Origin: a virus
DNA: 64,000 bases
Virus record (IMG/VR): IMGVR_UViG_3300022748_000015
Span: 60,827 to 124,826 of that record
Strand: one strand, 5' to 3'
How positions within the stretch are numbered: position 1 is the stretch's first letter; each line of letters opens with the position of its first letter. The notes beneath the pieces are model-generated. The model searched no databases, was not told the DNA's origin, and worked only from the letters and a program-made list of their open reading frames with translations. Positions 50,489-60,239 of this stretch are shown here, piece after piece. Made by a program: the position numbers and the translations under genes.

Positions 50489-50778
50489 TGCTAGATATAA
50501 AAAACCTAAATGGTATTAAGTCTGGAATGTATAAGGTAGATACTGCTGCTAATAGTGTCTACCTGCTAGATTTTGATGACCTTAAGGGTATGAGAGTTAA
50601 TAACTCCGGAGATACTCTTCGCCGAGATGGTGAATGGTTTAAGTTCATAACAGTGTCTTGCGAAGTCGGTAAAGAGATGAGAATTTGGACTAATGATATT
50701 GCCGATGACGATGATGTCTTTACATACCGATACTCTACCCCTGTATTAAAGATAGAGAAGGTGGATCGCTATGAGTGA
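50488..50778 (+). CDS. Hypothetical protein
   Basis: Coupled ORF. Confidence 0.6.
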   Translation: MLDIKNLNGIKSGMYKVDTAANSVYLLDFDDLKGMRVNNSGDTLRRDGEWFKFITVSCEVGKEMRIWTNDIADDDDVFTYRYSTPVLKIEKVDRYE

Positions 50779-51058
50779 TGCCCTGCAGTCGACTCGGATG
50801 CTGTTGGAGAATACACATTTATATATTTGGTGCCATGACGAACTAAGCTGCCGTGGAGAGTATTGCACTCTACATAACCGCAGTGATCACCATATGCGTG
50901 GTATGAAGCAGAACTGGCGTGGCGATTTAGGGTATATCGAGCGTATCTGTACGCATGGTATTGGACATCCTGACCCTGATGAAATCTTTCCTGATGCTGT
51001 TCATGGCTGTGATGGCTGTTGTATGCCATCTGGGTGGGAAAGTAAGCTAGAAAAATAA
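50771..51058 (+). CDS. Cys/His-rich hypothetical protein
   Basis: C..H..ERIC.HGIGHPDPD..HGCDGCC. Confidence 0.65.
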   Translation: MSDALQSTRMLLENTHLYIWCHDELSCRGEYCTLHNRSDHHMRGMKQNWRGDLGYIERICTHGIGHPDPDEIFPDAVHGCDGCCMPSGWESKLEK

Positions 51059-51112
51059 CTTATTTGCTTTTTATCTAAAACTATAGTAATCTCTTTTTGA
51101 AGGAGAATTATT

Positions 51113-52066
51113 ATGTGTATGGTTGCTGGTTGTGATTGTGAATTAGTTAAAAGCTATGACCAACTGACTCGTGGTGGTAGAACAACTGTTTTATATGTAG
51201 ACAGTCTTGACTCTATTTGTACTCAGACGAGTGGGCCATATGCTAGAAATTGTGTAGAACGTGAGGAAACTAGCCCTAATGGTGGGACAGTAGTTTATCG
51301 TTGCGTATTCTGCCATCGTTCTGATTTTGATTATTACTGCAAGGGGATTACATCTACTGGTAAGGGATGTAAAAATGCTGGTAACTATAACGGCTACTGC
51401 TCTAAACATTCTGATCAAAATCATGGTAGTCGTCGTTTATTTAGTATTGATCAGTTAGAGGATTGGCTCTCTGCATATGAACGACGTACGGTTGCAGAGT
51501 GGAAGATTCGACTACATAAAAAGCTAGAAGAAATTGAACGTTTAGCTGATATGCCGTTGAAGGCACTCTTATCTCAGACTCCACCCACCTATGTCTACTT
51601 CATCGAGTGTGATGGGTATGTAAAGATCGGTAGATCCAAACGCCCTGATTCTAGATTTAAGTCACTAATTAATAAAAGTGACCCTACTCTAAAGCCAGCA
51701 AGTATCGATATGGCAAATGCTAAATTGCTTGGATATATACCTGGATCTGAGGATATGGAAAGTGTCTATCACTGGCTACTTAGAGCTCATAGAGCTGAGG
51801 GTGAGTGGTTTAAGTTTAATAGCCATGTAGCTAAGATTATTGACTATTCCCTCAATCCCGAGGGTGAGTTTACTATCGCTGGTGTATATGCTTTAGTGGG
51901 TGAGGAAAGTGCTTCTATTTTGGAAGATAGCAAAGCTATTCTTGATAAGCCCCTACTTGCAGACTTAAAGGAACCTAATCTAGAGGAGGAGCTCGAGTCT
52001 GTAATACCTTTTGAAGAGCGATGGGAACGAGACGAGCGTAGACGTGCTCGCCGTCATTGGCGTTAA
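51113..52066 (+). CDS. GIY-YIG-like (T5orf172/MUG113) nuclease with N-terminal Cys motifs
   Basis: YVYFI..DGYVKIGRS..P..R..L...E...H.....R..GEWF. Confidence 0.75.
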   Translation: MCMVAGCDCELVKSYDQLTRGGRTTVLYVDSLDSICTQTSGPYARNCVEREETSPNGGTVVYRCVFCHRSDFDYYCKGITSTGKGCKNAGNYNGYCSKHSDQNHGSRRLFSIDQLEDWLSAYERRTVAEWKIRLHKKLEEIERLADMPLKALLSQTPPTYVYFIECDGYVKIGRSKRPDSRFKSLINKSDPTLKPASIDMANAKLLGYIPGSEDMESVYHWLLRAHRAEGEWFKFNSHVAKIIDYSLNPEGEFTIAGVYALVGEESASILEDSKAILDKPLLADLKEPNLEEELESVIPFEERWERDERRRARRHWR

Positions 52067-52100
52067 AGTCAGTGGGTGTTATCCCCTTTACACTTGAATT

Positions 52101-52325
52101 ATGGGAGATCCTATTGATTCAAGCTATATTAATGATGACCTGATTGGTCGTCGTATTTCAATGTACTCTCCTTATTTCCCTTCTGATAAGTGCTATCGCT
52201 GCGGAATTGTTAGGTATGTAGAGGCTTCTTCTGATGCAACAAAGGTAGTATTGGAGGAAGAAGATTCTGGTCTGCTTGAGCTGCTAGACTTTAACTCATA
52301 TAGAAATGTAGAGATCGAGGACTAA
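52101..52325 (+). CDS. Hypothetical protein
   Basis: Leaderless start (TACACT-6-ATG). Confidence 0.55.
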   Translation: MGDPIDSSYINDDLIGRRISMYSPYFPSDKCYRCGIVRYVEASSDATKVVLEEEDSGLLELLDFNSYRNVEIED

Positions 52326-52327
52326 GT

Positions 52328-52642
52328 ATGGCTTTGACTGAATTAGTAGCTGAAGACTTTGATTCGGCTATTGCTGAAGGTGCTTCAGTTATTTATATTT
52401 GGGCACCTTGGTGTGGCCCTTGTAAGATGATGAGTCCCGTGATGGGACTTGTTGCAAATGATTTTGCAGATAAGGCAAACTTTTTTAAGTTGAATGCAGA
52501 TGAAGCTACTGCTATACTTGAGAAGTTTGATATAAGAAGTACCCCTACTACGCTTGTATTTAAAGATGGTGCTGTGGTACATTCTGTAATTGGTGCAAAA
52601 CCAAAAGCATTATTGGTAGAAATCTTAAACAATCTACTATAG
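52328..52642 (+). CDS. trxA: Thioredoxin
   Basis: WAPWCGPCK. Confidence 0.92.
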   Translation: MALTELVAEDFDSAIAEGASVIYIWAPWCGPCKMMSPVMGLVANDFADKANFFKLNADEATAILEKFDIRSTPTTLVFKDGAVVHSVIGAKPKALLVEILNNLL

Positions 52643-52675
52643 AATCTATTTGAGATAACCCTCTGGAGCGGATGC

Positions 52676-52963
52676 ATGAAAGAAAAACAGTTAATTAAAC
52701 TACAAAAGCAGCGACACATGTCGAACATTTTTATTATGCTTTTGAACAACCCGCTCTTTAAGAATTTGTCCGAGCGTGATCAGCGTAAGATGTCTAAGCT
52801 GATTTATAAGGCTGAGATGATCGAGATGAACGTGCGTAATAAGCAAATCATTCGAGTCAATCAGTCATTCCAGGATATTGTTGATGCACTAAATCAGGCA
52901 ATGGATTTCGATCTAGATGATGATTTAGATGAAGATGATGATGATTTTGGTCCAACACGTTAG
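52676..52963 (+). CDS. Hypothetical protein with acidic tail
   Basis: ORF. Confidence 0.55.
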   Translation: MKEKQLIKLQKQRHMSNIFIMLLNNPLFKNLSERDQRKMSKLIYKAEMIEMNVRNKQIIRVNQSFQDIVDALNQAMDFDLDDDLDEDDDDFGPTR

Positions 52964-53042
52964 TGAGCTGTGTTAGAATAATCCCGTAGCTATTTTTCTG
53001 TTTTGTAGCTATTGTGTATCATTTCAACTCCTTTCGCAAAGG

Positions 53043-53078
53043 AAAACCCCCGGTAGTTGTGTGCCGGGGGTTTTTCGT
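53043..53078. terminator. Bidirectional terminator
   Basis: aaaacccccgg/ccgggggtttt. Confidence 0.85.
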
Positions 53079-53093
53079 TTGACATGGAAGGGT

Positions 53094-53906
53094 TTATAGT
53101 TCGATGATCTTTCCCCAGGTGAGCTTGCCGATAACTCCATCAGCAACAAAGCCGTTCTTCTTTTGAAGAGCAACTACTACCTTCTTAGTGCGATCATCGT
53201 AGACGCCGTTAATAACCTTAAACTTAAACTTAGTCTGGATATAAGCAACGTAACGGTTCTTAGATCCTGGAACTAGCTTTGGATATTTACGGATATCAAG
53301 ATTCATTTGACGAGCTACTTCATCTACGAAATCAATGTCTGCTGCTGGCGTTGCGACTGGAGCATCTGGTGCTACTGCTGCAGCAAGAGTCTCTGCTGAA
53401 GTTACAGCTGGAGCTGCTGGAGCTGCAGGTGCTGTAGGAGTAGCAACTGGAGCTGAGTTAGCAACAATCCACTTAGTTGGGTCCATGAGCTTATCGTAAG
53501 CTGCAAGGTGGCCATTCTTAACACGAGAAGCACCCAGGTGAAGGTGAGCTCCAGTTGAGGCAGAACCTGATGGAGTCTTCTTACCGCCACCAACCTTACC
53601 AATGATCTGACCAAGCTTTACATGCTCCCCTGGGTCTACACATACAGTCTTTGGTGCGATATGGCAGTATTGGAAGTAAACGCCATCTGCGTGAAGGATT
53701 TCTACAACCCAGCCAAGAACGTTAGACCAGAATACCTGAGTGACCTTACCATCAGCTGCAGATGGGATTGGGCTAAGTTCCTTTGGAGACCAGTCGGTTC
53801 CACGGTGGGGGTGTGAGCGATAAGGTGCCATGTTGCCGAACTGGTCGTTACGTAGCTTCTTATCAAATGGTTCTTTATATTGAACCTTAACTTTCGGTGC
53901 TGCCAT
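53094..53906 (-). CDS. Endolysin: M23 peptidase plus peptidoglycan-binding domain
   Basis: HRGTD and HLHL zinc motifs; Pro/Ala linker; V..LQKKNG..ADGVIG..TW. Confidence 0.9.
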   Translation of the reverse strand: MAAPKVKVQYKEPFDKKLRNDQFGNMAPYRSHPHRGTDWSPKELSPIPSAADGKVTQVFWSNVLGWVVEILHADGVYFQYCHIAPKTVCVDPGEHVKLGQIIGKVGGGKKTPSGSASTGAHLHLGASRVKNGHLAAYDKLMDPTKWIVANSAPVATPTAPAAPAAPAVTSAETLAAAVAPDAPVATPAADIDFVDEVARQMNLDIRKYPKLVPGSKNRYVAYIQTKFKFKVINGVYDDRTKKVVVALQKKNGFVADGVIGKLTWGKIIEL

Positions 53907-53914
53907 TTTCTCTC

Positions 53915-54133
53915 CTAGTTAGAAGTTAACTTATTAAGTTGAGTCTTGGCATAGTTCTCCCGATATGCCCGGACGTAGTTTTGTTGGTACGTCTGGAACT
54001 CGATGGTTCTCAGATAGTAGTTATTGAAAGGCCTATCCATGTAATAGAACTTGGCAGAGAGGAATGCCTCTCGGCGTAGGTCTTTACCATTGGGTTCTAG
54101 ATAGAACTTGATGTAATTGAATAAGCGTTTCAC
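53915..54133 (-). CDS. Hypothetical protein
   Basis: ORF. Confidence 0.5.
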   Translation of the reverse strand: MKRLFNYIKFYLEPNGKDLRREAFLSAKFYYMDRPFNNYYLRTIEFQTYQQNYVRAYRENYAKTQLNKLTSN

Positions 54134-54324
54134 TAGCTAATTTTACCAGGGTGTTCAGAATCGTATTCGTGCATAGCTTCCCACATAATGGTTGACTCTT
54201 CTCTCCATGTTAGAAGTCCTGGTTTTGCTGCTTCCTGTGCACGCCAGAGAGCTGCATATGCGTGGTATCTAGATTCTAAGGAGTGGGTGTGTTGACGGTT
54301 GCACTTTAGTTCTTCACCACACAT
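54133..54324 (-). CDS. Hypothetical protein
   Basis: ORF. Confidence 0.45.
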   Translation of the reverse strand: MCGEELKCNRQHTHSLESRYHAYAALWRAQEAAKPGLLTWREESTIMWEAMHEYDSEHPGKIS

Positions 54325-54330
54325 TTGGTA

Positions 54331-54531
54331 TTACTCCTCTAGTTCTGAGTCTTCTTTTTCATAACGCATTGGGTAGAAGGTGAGAACCCAGATACCGAGC
54401 GTTACTAGAATCATGTTCCCTACTAAATCACGGGCAGAACCCTCTAGTAAAACCCACGCAGTTGCCAAACCTAATAAGGTATATGCCTGATCTACAAGGT
54501 CCTTCATTAATGCTTTTATAAAGTGCTTCAA
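54331..54531 (-). CDS. Small two-TM membrane protein (holin-like)
   Basis: TTG start just after the upstream stop; two hydrophobic helices; near the endolysin. Confidence 0.55.
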   Translation of the reverse strand: MKHFIKALMKDLVDQAYTLLGLATAWVLLEGSARDLVGNMILVTLGIWVLTFYPMRYEKEDSELEE

Positions 54532-54532
54532 T

Positions 54533-57500
54533 TTATTTTCCGTTCTTTCTAGTTGTCTTATTTGTTTCTTGTTTTCTGGATGAACCGGATGAGCCTGAAC
54601 CTGAGGAAGCTGCAGCAACGGCTGCTCCTGCTACCTGACCGACTATTACCGCGGCTACCGTAGCACGCTGGGCTTCCTTGCGAACTGTAGGGCTGATATC
54701 GGCTCCTACGTTTGAAAGTAGATTTATTGCATCTACAAGGGCTGCTGCTCCGGGGATTGCTGCAAGGTTCTCTGGAAGTACGATGTCATCAGCCTGTGCT
54801 GCAACTAGGAGAGCATCAAGTGCTTGTTGGTACTCTGGTGAACCTTGGGTTGCAGTCTCGAAGGTTTGAAGGGCAGCTTCCTTAATTGCTTCTGCTTGCT
54901 TAGGGGTTAGGTCCGTTGCAATGATTTCCTTCAGGTCTACCTTCATTAGTTGTTCTGTGGAGAGAACTTCCGGAATATCTTCTGCCTTCTTAGGAGCTTC
55001 GTTGGCTTTTGCTTCTGCTTTAGCCTCTGCTTCCGCCTTAGCCTTAGCGTCAGCTGCTTGCTGTGCTACTAATTCGTCAGCTGCCTTCTGCGCTTCTTGT
55101 GCTGCTAGAGCATCGGCTTCTGCCTTTGCCTTGGCTGCATCAGCTGCCTGTTGAACTGCTAAAGCATCTGCAGCATCCTGAGCTTGTAGAGCTTGTTGGG
55201 TAGATGATATCTGAGCTGAGATTGAATCAACGGATGCTTGTGCAGAAGATACTGCTGACTGGGCTGCTTCTATTTGTGAAGTGGCTGCTGCGTCTGCAGA
55301 CTGTGCAGAAGATAGATCAGAAGTTGCAGCGGCCATAGCTTGTTCTGCTGCTTGGACTTGGGACTGTGCTGCACCTTGTATAGCTGAGGCAGCATCGAGA
55401 TCTTCCTGAGCATTCATTAGAAGTTGTCCGGAAATAATCAGAAGGTTGGCTGCTACTTGCTGTGCTGCAGTTGATTCTTGAAGGGAAGCACTGGCAGCTG
55501 CTAAAGCTAGCTCAAGGGAGTGCAGGATATTTAGTTCGTTGTTATAGTCCTGCTGTGCAATTTGTTCTTGTAGGTCGGTAGCTACGTGGTTGGAAAGGTT
55601 TTGGTCTCGGTAGGACTGCGCTGCAGCAAGAAGATTAGTTTGTTCCTCGTAATAAGTTTGTGCTGCCTGGAGTTCTTGGTCTGCCTGGATGAGGTTGCTG
55701 TATGAAGTGGAAAGTGCGGAGGTTGCTTCATCGAAGTTGAGTTGTGCAGCTGCTAGGTTTTCGTTAGCTTGGTTTAGGGTTATGGTTGCTTGGTTGAGAG
55801 CCTGTAGAGCGTCTGCTTCTGAAGCCTGTGCTTGTTGTAAGTTTCCTAGGGCCGTGGCTTCATCTTGAATTGCTTGGTTGTTTGCTGCGTCGGCTGCATT
55901 GTAATTATTAAGAGCTTCGTTGAAAGATGATTGTTTAGCTTGGTAGTTAGCTAAGGCAGACTGCTTATTTGCCTGTGCGATGTTATTAGTCTGTGTTGCT
56001 TGGCTTAGCTGGGACTGCGCTTGCGTGAACTGTGCCTGTGCTGCTGTGAGAGCGTCAATAACAGACTGTGGGATTGGTGTGGCAGCTGGTGGAGTTTGGG
56101 TAGAGAAGTAGAAGGAAGATGGGATTGGCTGCCAGTAGGCTGCATTTACAGGTTGGTAGTAATAAAGGGTAGAGCAAGCGCCTCCACCCCACTCATAGAA
56201 CCAAACATCGATTGGGTAGAACTGTCCTGCATTAAGGGTGTATAGAGAAGAGGTACGTCCTGAGCAACCCTGAAGGTTCCAGTTTGAAATTGTGGTTTGT
56301 CCGTTGAGTGACATATAGAAACCATCATCAGATTGGTTCATGAAATACATGCTGGTGGTTTGTGGGAACATCAGGTAGCCGGTGTAGTGAATCATTACCT
56401 GATCTGCGCCACACCCGAGGATGTCTCCGCCACCCCAGTTAGCTTGAATATTTGGAAGCGTAACGGTCTTGCAGTAGTGATACGCAGTATCGCTCATCTG
56501 GGGGTTGCTGGAAGTCAGCTGGTTATAAACTCTGGCAGTAACTCCAGTACCTTGCGGGATGGATGCAGCATAGGCAGTGTTGTAGTCGGACTGTGCTTGT
56601 TGGAGGTTGGTATAAGCAATGTTGTATTGGATTTGTGCTGCTGCAAGGTTTGAATAAGTAGAGTCTGCGTCGGCTGCTGCTTGGAGATAATTGATTTGTG
56701 CTTGCTGTTCTTCTTGCTGTGCTTGTTGCAGGGCGGAAAGTTTTTGCTGCAAGGTTGCTTGCGTAGATTGGTGGGTTTGCTGTGCTTGGCTGTAGTCGTT
56801 GAAAGCTTGCTGGGTTAGAGCCTGTGCTTGGTGGTAGAGGTTAAGAAGGGTGTCGTAATCCTGCTGCGCCTGCTGTTGGTTGTAAGTTGCGTTGGTGAGC
56901 TCTAGCTGTGAGTTAGCGTAATTATCTTGTGCTTGGGTGTAGGAAGATGCTGCTGCGCTGTCTTGCATTTGCTTCGTTAGAAGATTGACGTGTGAATTAG
57001 AGGTGGTTATAGTTTGACCGGTCAATGCTGCATCAGCAGAGTTAAGAAGGTCTAAGGTTCGTTGGTTCTCTTGGATAGCTTGGTTAAGTGTGGAGAGTGC
57101 GTTTTGGGTACGCTGTTGTTGAAGCTCTAGGGCAGAGATAGCGTAGGAGTTATTCTGTGCTTTGGTTTGCTGGGTAGAGTTCGCTTGGGTTAATTGTTGG
57201 AGGGCTACTTGGTAGTTTTGATTAGCAGTTTCTAGAGCTGCTTTGGCTACGTTGGCGGCGGATGTGGCTGCCTGTAGTTGTGCCTTGGTGGACTCTAGGG
57301 CTGCCTGTGCGGAAGAAACCTTAGACTGGACAGCTACTAGTTGTTGGGAAGTTGTGGCCTTAGAGGATTGGGCTGCTGTAAGGGTGGATTGGGCTTCTTG
57401 TAATTGTGCCTGTTGTTGGTTGAGTTGTTGTTGTAATTGTGCTAGAGTAGCCTGTAAGTCGTTGAGTGCACTGGAGGTGTGAAATGGTAGTTTCTGTAGT

Positions 57501-57763
57501 AGGTCTTGATTGGGGTTCCCTGTGGTTAGGGGTAGGCCTAACTGTTGTTGTAGAGCTTGTGGCGCTAGTAGTAGCTGCAGCTGTTGCTGGGGGTAGAGCT
57601 CGTCGTAGTTCTTCTCAAGGTAAGCGAAAGTTCTAGCCTGATTAGCAAGTGCGACCTGAGCCGTAGTTATAGGAAGGGTCGCTAAGAGAGCCGTTACTGT
57701 TATCAGTAGCGGCTTTTTTATGTTTTGTAGTGCTCTTTTAAAAGACTTTGAATATGAAGACAA
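54533..57763 (-). CDS. Giant Gln/Ala coiled-coil surface protein with PA14 domain, N-terminal signal and C-terminal TM anchor
   Basis: PA14 motif (NWGGG..DQVMIHYTG..SDDGF..WFYEWGGGA); long heptads; VAAVIVGQVAGAAVAAA. Confidence 0.8.
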   Translation of the reverse strand: MSSYSKSFKRALQNIKKPLLITVTALLATLPITTAQVALANQARTFAYLEKNYDELYPQQQLQLLLAPQALQQQLGLPLTTGNPNQDLLQKLPFHTSSALNDLQATLAQLQQQLNQQQAQLQEAQSTLTAAQSSKATTSQQLVAVQSKVSSAQAALESTKAQLQAATSAANVAKAALETANQNYQVALQQLTQANSTQQTKAQNNSYAISALELQQQRTQNALSTLNQAIQENQRTLDLLNSADAALTGQTITTSNSHVNLLTKQMQDSAAASSYTQAQDNYANSQLELTNATYNQQQAQQDYDTLLNLYHQAQALTQQAFNDYSQAQQTHQSTQATLQQKLSALQQAQQEEQQAQINYLQAAADADSTYSNLAAAQIQYNIAYTNLQQAQSDYNTAYAASIPQGTGVTARVYNQLTSSNPQMSDTAYHYCKTVTLPNIQANWGGGDILGCGADQVMIHYTGYLMFPQTTSMYFMNQSDDGFYMSLNGQTTISNWNLQGCSGRTSSLYTLNAGQFYPIDVWFYEWGGGACSTLYYYQPVNAAYWQPIPSSFYFSTQTPPAATPIPQSVIDALTAAQAQFTQAQSQLSQATQTNNIAQANKQSALANYQAKQSSFNEALNNYNAADAANNQAIQDEATALGNLQQAQASEADALQALNQATITLNQANENLAAAQLNFDEATSALSTSYSNLIQADQELQAAQTYYEEQTNLLAAAQSYRDQNLSNHVATDLQEQIAQQDYNNELNILHSLELALAAASASLQESTAAQQVAANLLIISGQLLMNAQEDLDAASAIQGAAQSQVQAAEQAMAAATSDLSSAQSADAAATSQIEAAQSAVSSAQASVDSISAQISSTQQALQAQDAADALAVQQAADAAKAKAEADALAAQEAQKAADELVAQQAADAKAKAEAEAKAEAKANEAPKKAEDIPEVLSTEQLMKVDLKEIIATDLTPKQAEAIKEAALQTFETATQGSPEYQQALDALLVAAQADDIVLPENLAAIPGAAALVDAINLLSNVGADISPTVRKEAQRATVAAVIVGQVAGAAVAAASSGSGSSGSSRKQETNKTTRKNGK

Positions 57764-57858
57764 TCTGAGACCCCGGCGGTAGTCGGTTGGATGGTCTCTC
57801 CCTATATATAAGAATAGCGGATTTTAGGTAAAATGACTTGCCCTGCTAGGTAGACTGT

Positions 57859-58107
57859 CTAGTCTTCGTCTTCTTCTTCCGGCCCCCACGCATACAATTT
57901 TGCGGTGTGGAGAAGGTCGATTGCTTCGAATGTGAGGGCTTCTACTGCTAATAGTAGGTCTGCCTTGTGCTCTGGGTTAGAGGGGTTCTCGATCTCGTAG
58001 TGAGCTTCTTGGATGGCAAAGCGGCAGAGCTCTAGCCTATTGAGGGCTTTCTTGAGTGCATCCCTACTGTCTGGGCTGGGGATGCTGTATGGCTCTGGCT
58101 GCATCAT
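57859..58107 (-). CDS. Hypothetical protein
   Basis: Leaderless start (TAAACT-6-ATG). Confidence 0.6.
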   Translation of the reverse strand: MMQPEPYSIPSPDSRDALKKALNRLELCRFAIQEAHYEIENPSNPEHKADLLLAVEALTFEAIDLLHTAKLYAWGPEEEDED

Positions 58108-58189
58108 AAGAATAGTTTAAGGGTTAGCTGAGGGTGGGTGTTTTCTTCTCTTTTTGGAGGTGGGGACGGGAGTTCGTGCGGGGTTGTTG

Positions 58190-58470
58190 GCTTATTAGCA
58201 AAAAATAATGGACGCCCTTATTAAATATTGGCTAATAAGTAGAGAAAAAGGAGGTGGGAAATGCTTGTAAAAGGTAGATAAAATGGGGTAAGGTAGGGTG
58301 GGAGTATGGTATAGTTCGAGTTGGGGTTATTATCAGAAAATGATAAACGCCGTTATGAAAATCTTGATAATAAGTAGAGGTGGTTATTATCAAGAAAAAA
58401 GTCTTTTGAGAGGGAAAAAACTGATAATATCGACTATATTTATATCTAATATATTTATATTCTGGATTAT
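58190..58470. repeat. Iteron-like TAATAA/TTATTA repeats, inverted repeats and AT-rich tract (origin-like)
   Basis: 11-bp IR 58363-73/58384-94; 9-bp IR 58191-99/58231-39; 12-bp DR taataagtagag; tatatttatat x2. Confidence 0.55.
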
Positions 58471-58710
58471 AGTTTAGGAAGACCGGGGATTCAAACTCTA
58501 TACGCGTGACGTATAGATAGTCCTGAATATAAAAATAGGGGGTTTGATATCGAATTGATATGGATTTTATATGATACTATAAAAAGGAGATATGATTTTG
58601 TGGAAATGCAAATGTCAAGTGTCAAATGGGGGTTAGGCGGGTGGCGTTTGCGGTTTTCGTTGTAGTTATACTCGTGGATATGGAAATAGAAATGGATAGG
58701 AAGAAAAAGA

Positions 58711-59187
58711 ATGGTTGACGGAATTAACGGTTTTGCTTTTGACTTGGATGATGCAGCTGCAGAGCTGGAAGAGTTGAAGCAGAGAGACAAGAAGGTTTTG
58801 GATAATCGAGTATGTGCATGTGGACATCCGGTTGGTAGACACCGTCCTTTGCCTTTTGGTCCAGGTATGCGTGGAGAGACTCATGCTTGTAAGCCAAATG
58901 CTAGTTTCTGTAAGTGCGCAGGGCCAAGACCAATTTTGAAGGCGGAGGACCTTCGATACTTCTTGCGAAGTACCAAAGGTGTTGGTCATCTTCATGCTTT
59001 GGGTCAGGGAGTTGTTGCTTCCTTGAAGGCTGACATGAAGGTTGAATGGTTGGAAGATCCAAAGTGTGATCGCTGTGACGAGGTTGGAAATATTATTCCG
59101 GTGTCAATTTCGTATGACGGTGTTCGACTTGAAGAGAGTGGACCTGCTACGCTATTGCTTTGCATGAAGTGTAGTGCTGAGATTTAA
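58711..59187 (+). CDS. Cys-rich (Zn-binding) hypothetical protein
   Basis: CACGH, C...C.C, CDRC, C.KC. Confidence 0.65.
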   Translation: MVDGINGFAFDLDDAAAELEELKQRDKKVLDNRVCACGHPVGRHRPLPFGPGMRGETHACKPNASFCKCAGPRPILKAEDLRYFLRSTKGVGHLHALGQGVVASLKADMKVEWLEDPKCDRCDEVGNIIPVSISYDGVRLEESGPATLLLCMKCSAEI

Positions 59188-59384
59188 TGGCTAGAGGAAG
59201 TTCTGGCTCCGGGCTTCTACTTTGTGGATGGTGTTCTACAGGATTTCACAAGGACTGCAAACCTGTTATTGAGTATTTCGGGAAAAAGTGGTATTGTCAT
59301 TGTGAGAAGGAAGGATGTGGAAGTGACGAAGGAAGAAGCAGCTCGGAAGATCGAGGAGCATCTGATGATTCTGGCGGACTATGA
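59187..59384 (+). CDS. Small Cys-rich protein
   Basis: CGWC..H..C...C.C...C. Confidence 0.5.
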   Translation: MARGSSGSGLLLCGWCSTGFHKDCKPVIEYFGKKWYCHCEKEGCGSDEGRSSSEDRGASDDSGGL

Positions 59385-59532
59385 TGTTATAGACGTTGGA
59401 GTTGTTGAAACACTGACTGAATACGTCTGGAAGATTTTGACTGAGGAAGAGAATCCTGATGTTGGGATTCACAATGTCTCGGAGTTGAAAGCGTACTGGG
59501 AGAAGTTGGGTGGCGAAGATGAAATCAATTAG
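59317..59532 (+). CDS. Hypothetical protein
   Basis: GTG start after AGGAAGGA. Confidence 0.5.
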   Translation: MEVTKEEAARKIEEHLMILADYDVIDVGVVETLTEYVWKILTEEENPDVGIHNVSELKAYWEKLGGEDEIN

Positions 59533-59729
59533 ACTTTTGGTAAAGAATGTAGTACACTTTGTTTTGCGTGTGCCGATACGAACTCCCTCTGCTGACGCAG
59601 AGGAAGCTCGTTGCCCTGTAAACGGAATGACGATGTCGGAATATCGTGGCGGAAGTCGCCCCGCAAGTTACAAGTAGCATAAGTAGCAATAGCTAGCTAG
59701 CTAGAAAAAAGATAAGGAAGAGAAAAGAT

Positions 59730-60239
59730 ATGGGAAAGCTTGCTGACCTGTTTTATAAGTTGACTCGTGGAGAGTCGAAGCCGAAGCCGTGGGAGCATGG
59801 TCCGAAGGCATTGGCCGACAAGTGTGGTTGTGGCAAAGAGTGTGGTTGTGATTCGGTTGAATCACTAGAGCGTTCAGCCGGAATTACTAAGAAGGTTTCG
59901 GTGCAGATTGTAAAGGCAACTGTAGATGGAACTCCAGTGTCTATTCCACGTGAGGTTGTAGATCACATGGTTGATGAAGGAACTTTGACACCTGCCAAGC
60001 CAGCACGTAAGCCTCGCACTCCAAAGTTGGAGCAGGTTAAGGCAGATGCAGAAGCAATGCAGGCTAAGGGAATCGTTCAAGATGGGCATCAGGTAAAGCC
60101 TGTTAAGAAGAAGCCTGTTGCAAAGACAACTGCCAAGAAGGAAGCGATTGCAAAGGATGTTGCTGATGAACCAGTAAAGCCTGTTGCTAAGAAGACTCCT
60201 GCTAAGAAGACAACTCCAAAGAAGGCAGAGGGTAAGTAA
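59730..60239 (+). CDS. Protein with Lys/Pro/Ala-rich histone-like tail
   Basis: KPVKKKPVAKTTAKK...KKTPAKKTTPKK. Confidence 0.65.
   Translation: MGKLADLFYKLTRGESKPKPWEHGPKALADKCGCGKECGCDSVESLERSAGITKKVSVQIVKATVDGTPVSIPREVVDHMVDEGTLTPAKPARKPRTPKLEQVKADAEAMQAKGIVQDGHQVKPVKKKPVAKTTAKKEAIAKDVADEPVKPVAKKTPAKKTTPKKAEGK

Noticed and set aside
54533-57763. Tape measure protein call
   Set aside because: PA14 domain, signal peptide and location by the lysis genes rather than in the tail operon argue against it; not fully excluded
59533-59700. Structured RNA/riboswitch candidate (cctctgc-tgac-gcagagg hairpin)
   Set aside because: A coupled 52-aa ORF (59519-59677) explains the region equally well; no riboswitch consensus recognised
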